From Phoronis australis (Eukaryota > Animalia > Phoronida): a stretch of DNA of 64,000 nucleotides. The position numbers and the translations under genes were made by a program. The stretch spans positions 278,175 through 342,174 of the forward strand of contig NMRA01000286.1 of the NCBI GenBank assembly GCA_002633005.1. The letters run 5' to 3'. The number at the start of each line of letters is the position of its first letter. Positions within the stretch are counted from its first letter, which is position 1. Below the pieces are notes generated by a model. That model did not search any database and was not told the DNA's origin. It was given only the letters and a program-made list of their open reading frames with translations. Shown in pieces: positions 42,001 through 54,494 of this stretch.

Positions 42001-45000
42001 TGGTTACCACTAATTGGAGGGGTTTGAGCAGGAACTTGTCCTTCAGATAGGTCCGACTACTGTGCCTGCTGGTGGCAAGTTTTTTGCATTTGTGGCTCCA
42101 TCTCTTTAACTCTTTACAGTCTAAAAAGTTTTTCTACGAATGTGATAATAAATAAAACAACTTTCAGTTGCATCTGACTCGCTGTGCCAGTTTTATTTTA
42201 TTGTATTTTTCATTATTTTTTTTGAAAAAGCAGTAATTAAGGTGTAGAATTTAATGTTTTCTCATTAATTTTTCATTTTACGACATTAATCATGTACGCT
42301 AGCAGCAAGTCTCGACCCATTCCTCCTTAATATAACCGTACACAGTATTCATTGGATACTTTGTGACACATTTCAGGTGTACAAAGATGCCATCAAGTAC
42401 TACAAAGGTAAGGTTACTGTTTTTGTGGAGGGGAGTATTCGATTTTGGTATACCTTGAGACCAATTATTATATCTAGTTTCAATTACTACAAACTGTTAT
42501 CTTGTGTGATTAAGAAAAATTAAAATGTTCCCATGAGTGTAACTGTTTGCAGTTAATATTATTTATGCAAATGCACTTCTCTGCCAATAGGACATGAAAG
42601 CATTGTTTGTTTAAATGTCTTTGTAAACCTTTAATTGTGATGTTTTGTATTTTAGACATCAGAACAAGTGGGACTGACTTACTGAAGAATGCTGTAGAAC
42701 ATGTGATAAATACCAGTGAGGTAAATGGTAAAACCATTATTCAGTGTTGTGTACTCTCTGTCAACAAAGTTAATGCTCCATTCACATTATTGACAGCATT
42801 TGAATTAAAAATATCTGAAAGAGACAGTTTCTCAGGATTGTTGTCAGGTGCCAAGTTGAAAGTACTGTTACCCGGTTACACTGACTCCATTTTTTGACAT
42901 CCAAATATGCATGTTTGAAGTACCACCAAACAAGTTTAAGATGGTTTAAGGTGGTAACATCTCCTATCAGCTCCACACCAAAAATAGTACAACCATTGTG
43001 GAAAACCTAATCTGTGAATTTGTCACAGAAAATTCCTTGTGTAGGTTCATTCGTCTTGTCTGTTGTAGGAAACCAAAGACACTGTATCTGAAGTCTGCAT
43101 GGTTTTCAATACATTGTCCTGGACACGTAAGGAAGTTATCGCCATAGCAACATCAGATCAGGTGACCTCACCAGCCAGTAAGCGTCTCAAAGGCGAAAAT
43201 CTACAAGTGGACAGTAAAGGAGATACGCTTGGTGAGCAACACTGTGTTAGTTAACATATCTTGATAAGTGATATTGAAGTCAAAGTAGCAGCCATGTTCA
43301 AATCCAAGATGGCTACCAGACAATTGTTTAAATAGTCATTGCTAATGTAGCTATTATCAGAGTTCTGATAGTTAAGGAAGTGCTTAGTCCATGAACATTG
43401 ACTTTTATGATTAATATTAAACCCATAGCGTTTTTCAAAAATACTCAATACATATAAAGTAAAGTTTCTCAAATCTCTACTCCGTGTTACAATTGTTCTG
43501 GTGTGAAAATCTACCTTTTTGTTATAACATCAATATAGACTTAATGCATCAACACATTCGTGAACGTTCAAATACGTTGGATGTATTGTTATTCTTATGC
43601 TCTCAATTTTGATATTTAACAAATGAATGTCTAATTTTGTCTGTTTAAACACAACGCGTACCTTTCTTTTTCAGCTTTTGTGGAGTCACCAGGCATTGGT
43701 TACAGCATTATTGAGAAAATGTGTGATCAGTTTCAGCATGTCTCTATTGAAAAACGGGTAACATTTTAAGTTGCAGCACAACATTTGAAGGCGCTGGAAA
43801 GAGTCCTTTGCCACTCATCTCAATTCCAACAACAATCCTCTGTATCCCAGATTCCGACCAGTAAACACCAAACCTGCAATACATCTCCCCAGAGCTGTGC
43901 CTCTAAACTTTAAACTCGCACCGAAAATGTACCATAGCCAAACGCCAGTCTCAGGGACCAAGGTTCAGTGCTGGAAACTGAATTTTAACCAAACTGGTCC
44001 TCTGGACTGCACTTGGGTCCCCAAGACTGGCATTTGGTCACAGGGACTGTAGTATGTTTACTAAGTATGGAGCATTTCCAGTATGTGTGGAGTTTGAAGA
44101 GTGCATGTCTGGGATTTCTACAACGGGTTTGGTGTCTGCTGGTCTGGGATTGGGTTTGAGTGGATTGTAGCTAGAATTTAGAGGTGCAGCCATGGAATCG
44201 TTTCTACTCCCTATTTTCATTTTAAAAATTTAGTATTTTATTGATCGCAGAATAGCTTTTGCTTTGCATGAATTAGAAATTGGTTATCATTTAACTTACT
44301 CGTAGTTTGTGTGTTTAGGAAATTATACATTGGGTTTGCGTAGCACTGACGTAGTTATTTTGAGATTTCTGAATATCCATGTCTTGCCATATTTGCTTAC
44401 TGTCTTATCATGTGTGGACTTTCCAGAGAGATGAATGCGTGTATCTCAGCAATGAATTCATTTCGGCCGTCATTGACCCTGCCGGTCGTATTCTTTCTCT
44501 TACACTTCAAGGACATACCAAGTGAGTGGCTGTACGTCAATTAGTTTGTCTGTCATGTTTGGCAGGTGATCTTGAGTTGATGTTTTGTCAATACACCTGT
44601 AAGACAACATTAGTGTAAATGGTAAAGCATTGGATCTATCATGCATGTTTTGCTAGAGAAGAATTAGATTCAGCTGTTTTAATGCATTTTGGTCTAACTA
44701 ATTGTTAATTGCTTGCAATACAATAGAACATTAATTAATTTCAAAACCAAACTAACTATTTGAACCAATAGACCTTATTCACGCATTCATCATTTTAAAA
44801 AAAGCCTCATAGGTTTAAAAACAATACAATTGAGACATAAATATGAGGAAGCACGCGAAAAAAATCACGTTTTGCACTGGGATTAAGTGTGGAATGCATT
44901 GTTTTTTAGACCTAAAAGGAGGCTCTTTGTAATGTGGCGATTGCGTGAAGAAGGTGTATTGATGTCTCATGGCAAAAGAATTAACTAGATTACTGTATCG

Positions 45001-48000
45001 TAATGTAATCTCATTTTTTCTCTAGAAATGCCATTGCGGATGATAAGCTTGGTAATCAGTTCACCCTTTTCGATGATGTGCCATTGTTCTGGGATGCCTG
45101 GGACGTCATGGATTATCACCTTCAAACAAGGTAAACCCGGGCTTATGACTAAATGTGTTTTACTTTCCTCTATATTGATAGTAGTTTATACTTTGGTCAA
45201 CAAACTGTATTTTATTTGCCATGCTCTGTAGTTTCTGGGATTTCAACTATGGTGCTGTTGTTATTTTTCAAATCATCCGCTGACATCACAGATAAGTTGG
45301 TGATTTGTAAACAATATGATGGTGCAGAAAACAACACTGTCTTGTTACTTGAGCGCACAAATATTAAAAGCATGGGTTGACTGCAACATGTTTTTTTGGT
45401 GTGAATGCAACAAAGCAACCATCATACAAAAAATAAAAGATTCAATATGGGCATCAAAATGCATCGACATAAAATGTAGATATTAAGCAAATTCCCCCTG
45501 GCAAATGTCATCTGATCACACTGTTCATATCTCATCACTTAAAATATGAATTATAAATCAGTTTACACGCTCACAAGTTAGCTGCCACCGGATGTTTATC
45601 AGCCGAAAACTGCCCTATGGTTAAAAAAAATGTGTGTCGGTGTTCAGAGTGCGCTAACTAGTAAAGCACACGTCATTGTCATAGCTTTGGTTAAAATAGT
45701 CTGTGCAGACTGGAACTACAGCACACAGTTCTTCAAAAGCAGTTGAGACTATGACACTGAAATTGTGTGTAAACCTCGATGTGGTTATTATGGTTAGAGT
45801 GAGATGGGACTGCTGTGGAAACCAACCTGTAACTAAGATAGAAAGCAACATTGTGTAGATCTTAAATAAAAAAGCCTGTCGAGCAAAACTTTGTTACGAT
45901 GACACACACTTCAGTAATGGTTCATGCTATTGAAGAAAAAATTTTATTCATGAGAATGGAGTTGTGGAGCATGAGAAGAGAGAGAAAAAGAATTGTATTT
46001 ACGACAAAAACACTGATACTAACACCTTTACTGACCATGTAGGAGCAATATTGTCCATACTGAGTTGTCATAAGGAGAGAATGATACCAAAGGCTGTAGA
46101 AGTGACTGACTTGTTGAACAGCTGAATTATTTATAAGGGAAAGATAACAATACTGTTTGTACTATGCCTCTGATTTAATAATCATCCTGGATATCATGAT
46201 AGACTAATTACTGTCCCCTTGCCCTAAGTAATTACAAGTGCCTGTGATATTATATATCTGTTCATTATGGCTAATTACCTGCAAATTACATGTCGTTGAC
46301 AGGATCATTGATGACGTGTAGTGGCACTAATCATCTCACCACACTTCCATCCTGACAGCAGGAGACGCATGCTTCCAGTACTGGTGTTGACCGTTAGCTG
46401 TTGGTCATCATGGTTGTCTCAAGATTTGTCAATAATTGCATAATTAGCAGTTTCTTATCTTAGACAGTGACATGAATTTATAATGATATTTGTTCTTGAT
46501 AGGAAAGCAGTGGATGAAGGTATACAGTTTGCCAAAGTTGTCGATGAAGGACCTCTGAGGGCCATAGTGGAGGTAGGGTGGGTTGTAGAGGGTGGGGGGA
46601 AGGATCTCTGAGGGCCACAGTGGAGGTAGAGTGGATAGCAGAGGGTGGAGGGAAGGATCTCTGAGGGCCACAGTGGAGGTAGGGTGCGTAGTAGAGGGTG
46701 GGAGGAAGTATCTCTGAGGGCCACAACAGAGGTAGAGTGGATAGCTGAGGGTGGGGGGAAAGCTGAAGGTTTAAAGCTGAAGTTACATTTTGAACAGAAA
46801 GGTGGATTTTTTTACAGATAGCCATTCATAAGAAACGTGTGAGTCTGGTCCTGTGTGCTTTGTTTTGATGAACGAGTAGTAAAATTTCACACATGTTTAA
46901 TTGAGTCGGTGGACACTCGGTTTAAATGAACATCTGCTTGTATTAAAGAACACAGAATCAGTATTTCTGGTCAGGCATGTTCACGTTGAAGTTTCCTGTC
47001 ACTTTATTTCCACTGCTGCATCATCTGAAAGTTACCATGGTTACAGAAAACTAAGAAGCCGTTTAAATAAATACTTTGTTGCCACATTGATTTCAGCTGA
47101 GATTTTCATTTTAAAAAGTAGTTGAAAGTTAACTGAAAGATAAAATACTAGAATGTCTGTTGTTATGTTGTTATTTGAAATTCAGGTTTCTCTGAAGATC
47201 AGTGACAAAAGCTACATTCGACAAGAAATCATTCTCGACGCTGGATGCCCATACCTGAAGTTCTACACTGAGGTCAGTGGTGTAAACACATTGTCATGCC
47301 TCTGTTGTATATCAGTTCAGTTCTACTTAGTTTTCTTTTGTGTTGTTCCTTGCTACTCTAGTGCAACACCAATACAATTTGACACAATTTCTAAGTGGGT
47401 GAATAAAATTCTTGCTCTGGAGAACTAATATCGTGTTCATTTATTTAAAGTGTTTACAAACACTATTTACCTTGTTTTGACTGGTGACTACATTGTCAGC
47501 ATCATTAAGCCTTCCTTTATAGCATTGCTTATTGTAATGATGAATTCAATATCCAAAAACTTGAAAATGGAAGAAAAGCAACTTTACGGTAATCGTAATT
47601 GAAAGTTTCTTAGCTCCACGGACATGAATCTGACGTATGAACTCATCCAGCGCCAGTATGTCATGTCAGCTACGTGATTTTTTAAGAAGTGCAACCATCT
47701 CCATCATAGTGTTTCAGCAAAAGTTTTTCCATCTTCACACAAGAATTGTGACACACCCTGTACATGTACACTACTTTGGGCTGGTTAATATTTGACAAAA
47801 ATGTGTGAAGTAATGTATTTATGCAGTAACTTTTTGTATATGTCCCAAAAAGGGGTGTCAACTCGGGAGTCCGTTGTAGTGTTTTAGTCATCTTGATCCA
47901 AGTCTGTTTAAATCAAAGTAATACAAATCATGCTGTGATATTTCTTTACCTTCAGGTTCACTGGCATGAAGATCACAAGTTCTTAAAGGTGGAGTTTCCT

Positions 48001-51000
48001 CTCAATGTCCGCTCAATGCAGGCCACTTATGACATACAGTTTGGCCATCTTCAGAGAACTACCCACTACAACACTTCCCATGACTGGGCACAGTTTGAGG
48101 TCAGTCATATTCAAAAGGGACTGGATTCTGTGGAGGACTGAGATCAGTCACTTAAGCACTCTATTATGGGGTTAGGTACACAAGCCTGTTCAGCCTGTTG
48201 TTATGGTGCTGAATGCTTAAAGACTGGGATTTCTCAACAAAGGAGAAGCAGTTGCACTGCATGAGTTTCTATTTTATTCTGCTGCAGTTAATTGATTTTT
48301 GACATTCAAAAGTTGAAAAGATTCAACTTTTAATGGTGGATTCAGTGTTCATAGACCACAGTGTCAAAAATGACCTCCACTGCATGTATTTTCTTTGTTT
48401 CACTGCAGACAGTTCTATCACTGGCTTCCATCTCTGTTCCCTAATCCCCAAACAAAAGAAACCAGTCATAAAAGTCCAGGAACTGTCAGTGGTAACTGGT
48501 TATTCAACTACCAACTTGCTAGGGTGAGCGCAGATCAGCGAGCTGAGCTGCTGTCCTCAAGTTAACTACAACTCAGCCCATAACTTGAAGAGGGTTGCCC
48601 GTGCATAGCAAGTAAAATGCTCGCTGACCTGTTGATATGTTTGTAGTAAACAGCGTAAATGTAGTACATAGGATTACAACGAGTCAGTGATAGAGATTTG
48701 TTGTTATCAGGTGATGTAATAATTAAATTTTATTGGCTGCCGAAGGTAATATAGTATGCACTCAATTCACCTCGCCCATATGTTGTGCACATTAACTCAT
48801 GCCAGGTAGAAGAAGGCCACCAAATGAGACAATCGCCTCACCGCCTCAAGAGGCAAACTACTCACTGTTCATTCAAGGCCTGTAGCTCTTCATCTGCTCT
48901 CGCCCTGAGAAGTATTCAATGTTGCTGGTTGGGAAACAGAGTTATTTCTCCATGTTGAAGCACTTCTATGATGTTCACGGCTTGAAAATAATAATCATGA
49001 AATAAGTCAACTAACAAGCTGGTCTCAGAATTTTCCTTGCCATGACAGCTTTTGGGAGGGTTAGCTCTGTCAATTTGGTAACACTTTAAGACATATCTTC
49101 ACTTTTCATTACCTTGAGTGATCTGTAGACAACATAATTACCTTTACTTTTCATTACCCTGAATAGTCTGTTTTGTGATGAAAATCATTTTTGTCTTGGT
49201 ATGGAAAAGTTTGTGACATGCTTGGTTTGACTAATAACCACCAGATTTAGAATTGTCATTTTCATGACTGGACCAGTATCAAGGGAATATCCCTGGCCTT
49301 TAATTTTTGTGGTTTGTTCTTTATCTTGTTGCAAGTTTGTGACTTACAGTTTTGGTCCAGTAATAAAAGGTTAGTTTGTTTTGGTCTAAGTCCAGAGTTC
49401 CAAATGAATCTACTTGCCTTTGGCAATTTTCCATGGAAAAAAGTTAGTTATCTTGGTCCGATCATTCACCATGATAAGTTTGGTGTCGTCTTGCCTTAAA
49501 ACTAGAAGTGAGACCTAAGGTGGGAATAATTAACAATAGCTGCTGCTGAAGATAGGACACAAGAAGCTGGAAATGGTCACAAGTAGTATGTCTGTCAGCC
49601 CAATGAGGACATGCTTGTCCATATTGAAACACTTTATGGTGTTACTAGTGGGTGCACAAGGTCTTTGAAATGTCAATGCTGTGACACACCTGCCTCTGTT
49701 GTGATAACCTTTTAGGTTTCTCAAGAACTAATTTATAGTGCCATGTTGTATCCTCCCTGAATGTAATACAAAGTGTATTATTTTTTGTTCATTATTAGGT
49801 CTGTGGCCATAAATGGGCGGACATGTCTGAGTACAACTGGGGTGTGGCCATTCTGAATGACTGCAAGTATGGCTGGTCAACGGTGGACAACACATTATAT
49901 CTGTCATTGTGAGTGTTGAAGTCTGTTGGGTGTTGTTTGTAGAAGACATCAGTGTCACATACAAACCATGCCTACTTTTCAACATGTAGATTTTCTTCTC
50001 TGATATTGTTGTGTACTGCACAAAAGAAATTGTTGTAGCTATTAGTTGCTTGAAAGGGCTGGGGTTATTTGAAACTATCAGATTACAGGTTTGTCTGTTG
50101 ACTTATTCTAAAATTTGTAATTCCAATTTCATTGATGCTCTCACTTACCTTTTACTTAACACTGACAATATATGTTGTCTATTTATGTGTTGTGCGCGCC
50201 TTCAACATACTGGTTTCATTTCTCCAGGTTACGATCTCCAAAGGCTCCTGATGCCAAAGCTGACATGGGCGTACATCGGTTCACATATGCAGTGATGCCA
50301 CACACGGGTAAGCTCATTGACACAGGTGCTAACTAGCTAGTTGAATATCACTGAGCATAAAATGCTCCTTGGAATCACTGCGTGTAAAAGCAAGAAAGCA
50401 AAGCCTGCTTTTTTAAGACTATCAAGTCTCTTGTTTTCACTGGCTTGTCTTAATCAATGACTTTGTCCCTAAATTGCTCTGGAATTCAACAGTCTGATTA
50501 ACATTTTTTACCTGCCCCAGTGTCTAGTTATTCTAACTAAAGACTGAAAAACTTCATAACGGGTATGCTCATTACATTGGTCTACGTCCTTTGCTTGTTT
50601 TTTGTTTTTAATTGATGACGGTGACATAAATTGGGAGATGGTAACGTCATCATTGAAGCAAAATTTGCTCGAAAATGCGGTTCGCTTTCTGGTAATTAAA
50701 TACTCAACTTACAGTGAAATGAAATCCAGTGCAAGAAATACAAAAGGTGTTTGTTTTATTGCACAGGTTCATTTCAAGATGCTGGCGTGATCCAGCAAGC
50801 GTACGCCCTCAACTGTCCACTAAGTCTACATCACTTGACCATGGCAGAGGGGAATTCATCGTGGAAGGAATACGTTACCGTGGATACACCAGCCGTCATT
50901 GTGGAGGCATTGAAAAAGGTCATAATAACGATAATAATGATGATATAGTATGGAGACTTTAAAAGTGCCTGTAAATTACTAGCATATCTAAGGAAGGTCA

Positions 51001-52393
51001 TAGTGCGTTATGCCAGGAGTGGTCACCGGTCCTCTAGGCCGTAATAGTGAACAAAAAATTGCCATCTTTTAATGAATCTCTTGTACTCTGTTTGATGCAT
51101 ATTAAGGGAAACTATTTAGTGAGACAAAAGTTTCAACCGTATTCATTGGTCTTTGAGCTTTCCTTATTGACAATAGAGAGCACCACAAGCTAGTGTATAA
51201 TTTCCATGAGATGTAATTGACATAACTTGTCTTGTTTAGGTCATGCGTTGACCTGCTTCTGAAGGCACTTCTGTTCATGCATGAATTTGTAAAGCACAAC
51301 TTGTATGGACTCATTTTCATGACTTTTTGAATCCACTGATGTTTCAGAGTGAAGATCATGATAATGCATTGGTAATGAGACTGTATGAGGCCTATGGTGG
51401 CCAGCCCACTGCCAACATCAAGCTAGGCTTCCCTGTCGAACAAGCTTATTTGTGAGTAGTGGTTTAGGTTTTCTTTTTTCACGATTTCTGAACAACAGCT
51501 GGTTTAGGACGACGTTTATGACTGAGGGATGGGGGTGTCTGATACTGCTTAATATTCTAGGGCAATAGCAATGCCATGGCAACCAAGTGGGTAGAGGCAT
51601 ATCTGTCGGGACCACTCTTCTGGATAAGACATACTGGCTCCCATCGATCATTTACCTCCTCTCAGGTATCATGTAATGGTTGATGTTATTGGTTGTTATT
51701 ATAATGACCAATAGGCATTTCCCAAATTTTACTCTCCTCTTTTGTGAATTAGAAAGTGTGCTTGTATGAATGACATAGGTTTCAAAAAGGTGGCTTAGCA
51801 TTTCTGGGTTGAAACAAAAAAGCAAGATATCTTGTGTTTCTTGTCGTTTTTGGTGTCAGTCACTGTGAAACAATAATTTTTGTGCAGTGTTAGAATGAAA
51901 AATTATTTTGCTGTAAAACTGTCAATAGCAGTGGGGTTACGATTGTGCAGCATTGTGGGTAAATATGGCAGAATATGAGAGGGTGTTGTAGTATTTCTGG
52001 ACGAACCTATAGAATTATGTAGTGTGTTGTCATACCTATGTTATCCCATAATTCTGTTATAAACAGTGTACCTGTCCCTACTGTCTAATAGGTGTTAACC
52101 TTTGCCTCATGTTGTATATTGTAAGGTTAGAGGGTGTAATATTGTCTCAAGTGTAGCAGAAAGCATTTGCTTGATGGCACTCACTGAATGTGGTTTTGGA
52201 TGGAAATGTTGCCAATGGCACCATTGTCGTGGTGGTGTATTTAGACTCTAAGCACTCTTTACCTTGTTGCAGATGTAACCTTTTGGAAGAACCTGGTGAA
52301 GAAATTGAGATCTGCGACGGTTGTGTCACCCTATACTTCAGACCTTTCCAGATAGCATCGCTGATGTTGTGCTTACCCAAGAAGGAGTCTTGA
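21084..52393 (+). CDS. MAN2C1: Cytosolic alpha-mannosidase 2C1 (GH38), 29 coding exons, 1055 aa
   Basis: Exons: 21084-21178, 21773-22022, 23050-23114, 25861-26038, 27885-27985, 29645-29736, 30075-30181, 30696-30806, 32111-32203, 32843-32959, 34060-34155, 35362-35453 (or 38682-38773), 36445-36498 (or 39772-39825), 40139-40265, 41727-41906, 42377-42407, 42656-42720, 43069-43231, 43675-43757, 44427-44521, 45026-45130, 46503-46572, 47186-47272, 47956-48099, 49799-49908, 50228-50307, 50767-50918, 51348-51451, 52273-52393. Phases are consistent and total 3168 nt. GH38 motifs: [22 protein letters not shown] (nucleophile Asp), [44 protein letters not shown]. The N-terminus [29 protein letters not shown] has no signal peptide. 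Confidence 0.96.
23189..23312. repeat. Tandem duplication, 67-bp period, just after MAN2C1 exon 3
   Basis: GGATGTG.GGCACTTA..CTAAAAATGGGG.CTTGTC.ACAAGTCTATGCATT at 23191 and 23258. Confidence 0.85.
23441..25086 (+). mobile_element. Helentron-associated (HINE/DINE-like) non-autonomous element with an internal tandem array, MAN2C1 intron 3
   Basis: 5' T-run plus hairpin ATGTGCCCGCATAT-TT-ATATGTGGTCACAT; internal ~150-bp subunits with CTAGTGGC cores; 3' subterminal inverted copy GTGGGTGCAT, a small degenerate hairpin and CTCTTGT. Confidence 0.65.
27003..27226 (+). mobile_element. 3' fragment of the HINE-like family
   Basis: Ends GAGTGCATATAAGTGCTCCACGTTGCTCTTGT, like the ends at 25050-25086 and 29210-29242. 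Confidence 0.4.
28075..29242 (+). mobile_element. Second copy of the same HINE-like family, MAN2C1 intron 5
   Basis: Same 5' hairpin (TTTTTATGTGCCCACATATACATATGTGGGTAC), same CTAGTG subunits, same 3' end (AAACACCC.TAGAAGCA..GCGTTGCTC). Confidence 0.65.
33521..33865 (+). repeat. Interspersed repeat, with a second copy at ~48140-48495
   Basis: Shared GATCAGTCA..TAAGCACTCTATT.TGGGGTTAGGTA.ACAAGCCT, CTCAACAAAGGAG.AGCAGTT.CACTGC and CCATCTC..CCCTA.TCCC blocks. Confidence 0.65.
35936..36050 (+). mobile_element. Decayed tRNA-derived SINE head (duplicated at ~39263-39375)
   Basis: A-box-like TGACCTAATGG, B-box-like GCTTCGAGTCC, then GACCCTTGAGTGAGGTC resembling the CCTTGAGCAAG central SINE domain. 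Confidence 0.45.
36610..37672 (+). mobile_element. Partial HINE-like insertion immediately after the N-gap
   Basis: Starts GGCGGCCATTTTG with repeated AAGATGGCGG motifs; ends in a perfect hairpin CGCTCC-TC-GGAGCG plus CTCTCG abutting a T-run. It is absent at the equivalent position (~34347) of the other copy of the duplicated segment. Confidence 0.55.
38682..38773 (+). CDS. MAN2C1: Second copy of MAN2C1 exon 12 ([31 protein letters not shown])
   Basis: Matches 35362-35453 except one synonymous GAC/GAT change; splice sites intact. Confidence 0.85.
39772..39825 (+). CDS. MAN2C1: Second copy of MAN2C1 exon 13 ([17 protein letters not shown])
   Basis: Identical to 36445-36498; splice sites intact. 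Confidence 0.85.
41068..41388. mobile_element. TTAA-flanked MITE, copy 2
   Basis: TTAA|AGCTGCATTTT...ATAATGCACCT|TTAA; homologous to 4190-4535. Confidence 0.65.
41512..41643. repeat. 33-bp minisatellite, 4 units
   Basis: CACTGTATTACA at 41515, 41548, 41581, 41614. Confidence 0.9.
44767..44960. mobile_element. Fold-back MITE
   Basis: AATAGACCTTATTCACGCA..GCCTCATAGGTTTAAAAACAAT pairs with ATTGTTTTTTAGACCTA..GAGGC..TGCGTGAAGAAGGTGTATT. Confidence 0.65.
46546..46760 (+). repeat. G-rich 53-bp minisatellite, 4 units, overlapping the 3' end of MAN2C1 exon 22
   Basis: GAAG units start at 46546, 46599, 46652 and 46705. Confidence 0.92.
48522..48904. mobile_element. MITE with about 22-bp terminal inverted repeats
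   Basis: GGGTGAGCGCAGATCAGCGAGCT ... AGCTCTTCATCTGCTCTCGCCC. Confidence 0.5.
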
Positions 52394-52984
52394 GTTGATT
52401 GATGCTGTTGTGTGTTAGTGGTTGGATTTGTAATCAACTGAGAATGGATTTATAGGTGGCAGCACATATCATTGTTATTCTTGTTCATCATTTACTCCAT
52501 TTGCTGTTACTGTTGCGTGTTATGTCTTATTGATATGGGGCAAAAGGTGTGCATACAATTGTGCACATTGGTGGAATATGCAGAGAATCATGTCTTGTTA
52601 GTCCTGTGCACATTGTCATAGCATTGGTCTATTCTATCTTGTGAGAGCCGCCTTCACATAGAAATTCGGTGTGTTTGTTTTTTTGTAGAGGTCTCCCTTT
52701 GTCAAAACATATCATCACTATGACATACACGTGTGCGAGATTGTTTACAGTTTGGCGCATAAATAATGAGGTTCATTAGGTAACACTGCCCTCTTTTTTC
52801 TAAGCTTTGAAAGTTCATTCACAGATTGCTTTTCTTTGGTCAATTACTTTTTATTCAAAACAAAATCTATTTCACTATAATTCAACGGCATAAATTACGA
52901 AACTGCATAAACTAGTTATTTCTGGATTGTCACAGAACTCTCGCCAGATCTCGCCTAAATACCTTTATTTCTGTGATTTGGTAA

Positions 52985-52990
52985 AATAAA
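52985..52990 (+). promoter_or_regulatory. Candidate polyadenylation signal for MAN2C1
   Basis: AATAAA about 590 nt downstream of the stop codon. Confidence 0.4.
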
Positions 52991-53967
52991 AATACGATAT
53001 GTCGTATATTTGAGAATGTGTTATTTCATGGACAAAAATGCTTGTAAATAACTATGCAATATTTATATATACAATGAAAAGAGATCAATCTGCTCACTGT
53101 GCTAGAAAAAATGTGACTGGTGAATAAGTTTGCCTTCTGTCCTCGTTAACCTTTTGTGAGGTCACTTGTTTGATTTTTTTGCTAAAATGCCAGCTGAATA
53201 ATTTTGACAAGACATTAAGTGTCAAAGACATTGTTTTATTCTTGTTAATTCTAACCACGAACACGCAGTTTGATGATATGATCATAAAATCACAAAATAT
53301 GCCATCATGTGATTCAAAATGATTTGTGTATTGCTTTTAAAGTATATCTGCTCAAACTGCTGAGAAATTATTTAACTCAGGTTTTTGATCAGTTCTTCAT
53401 CATGCCTGCATGTAATACAAAAAGTCATTAACATATTTTATGTTAACTGAATAGCAACATATATGCCTGCCATGAGTTGCTACAAGACGACCATGGCTAT
53501 TCACCATTACCACTCTAGGACTATTTTTGAAAATAAAATTTAGTTTTTGCGAACTCGGGTAAAAATTATTCATTTAGGTTTGGGTTGGATTAAGACATTA
53601 GTTTCTTAACAGTGTGTGATCGTGTGGTTGGCAGAGGTTAAAATTTTGAGGTCCAGTCTGTTTTTGAGGGATAAAATTCTGGTCTTTTAGCAGGGAGTTG
53701 TTATACTTTTGTTTTGATTTGTTTTGTTATAATAATAATCAGTGCTTATTAAATTGTTCATTTGAAAAACCTTGTTGTGACAAACGTAGTTACACCAGAG
53801 GAATGTATACCAAGACGCACAGAATATGAAGCTTTAAAAACTATGCGCAAACTGGTTTGAGGAAGTTGCAGAACCTTACTTATTCTGACAGCTGCAGCAT
53901 CAATACAAAACTCGTCAATGAAATGCATACCAGTAGTGAGCTTGGGATATATGTTCTTGATTTCACT

Positions 53968-54494
53968 TTGATGTGATGTGTGAACATGTAAAGTACACAA
54001 ATATGGACCAATCTGATATACCCGAGGGATCGGTCCATATCCCTTTGTTACATAGGCCATGATATGATGTGTGAACAATGTAAAGTACACAAATATGGAC
54101 CAATCTGATATACCTGAGGGACCGGTCCATATCCCTTTGTTACACAACCATGATGTGATGTGTGAACATGTAAAGTACACAAATAAGGACCAATCTGATA
54201 TACCCAAGCGATCGCTCTATGTAAAGTACCCAAATATGGACCAATCTGATATACCCGAGGGATCGCTCCATGTAAAGTACACAAATATGGACCAATCCGA
54301 TATACCCAAGGGATCACTCCGTGTAAAGTACACAAATATGGAGCAATCTGATATACCCGAGTGATCGCTCCATGTAAAGTATACAAATATGGACCAATCT
54401 GATATACCCAAGGGATCGCTCCATGTAAAGTACACAAATGTGGACCAATCTGATATACCTGAGGGATTGATCCATATCACATTGTTACACAACC
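53968..54494. repeat. Minisatellite with ~91-bp and 51-bp unit variants between the MAN2C1 and CUEDC2 3' ends
   Basis: TGTAAAGTA recurs at 53987, 54079, 54169, 54220, 54271, 54322, 54373, 54424. Confidence 0.95.

Noticed and set aside
43845-44195. Scattered inverted segments in MAN2C1 intron 19
   Set aside because: The arms are short and out of order, and I could not define termini or a target duplication.
46444-46825. Three overlapping Pro/Leu-rich minus-strand ORFs
   Set aside because: Antisense translations of the 53-bp G-rich minisatellite.
54048-54492. Repetitive 17-aa-period ORFs on both strands, and a superficially CRISPR-like array
   Set aside because: A by-product of a 51-bp tandem repeat; no unique spacers, no cas genes, eukaryotic context.
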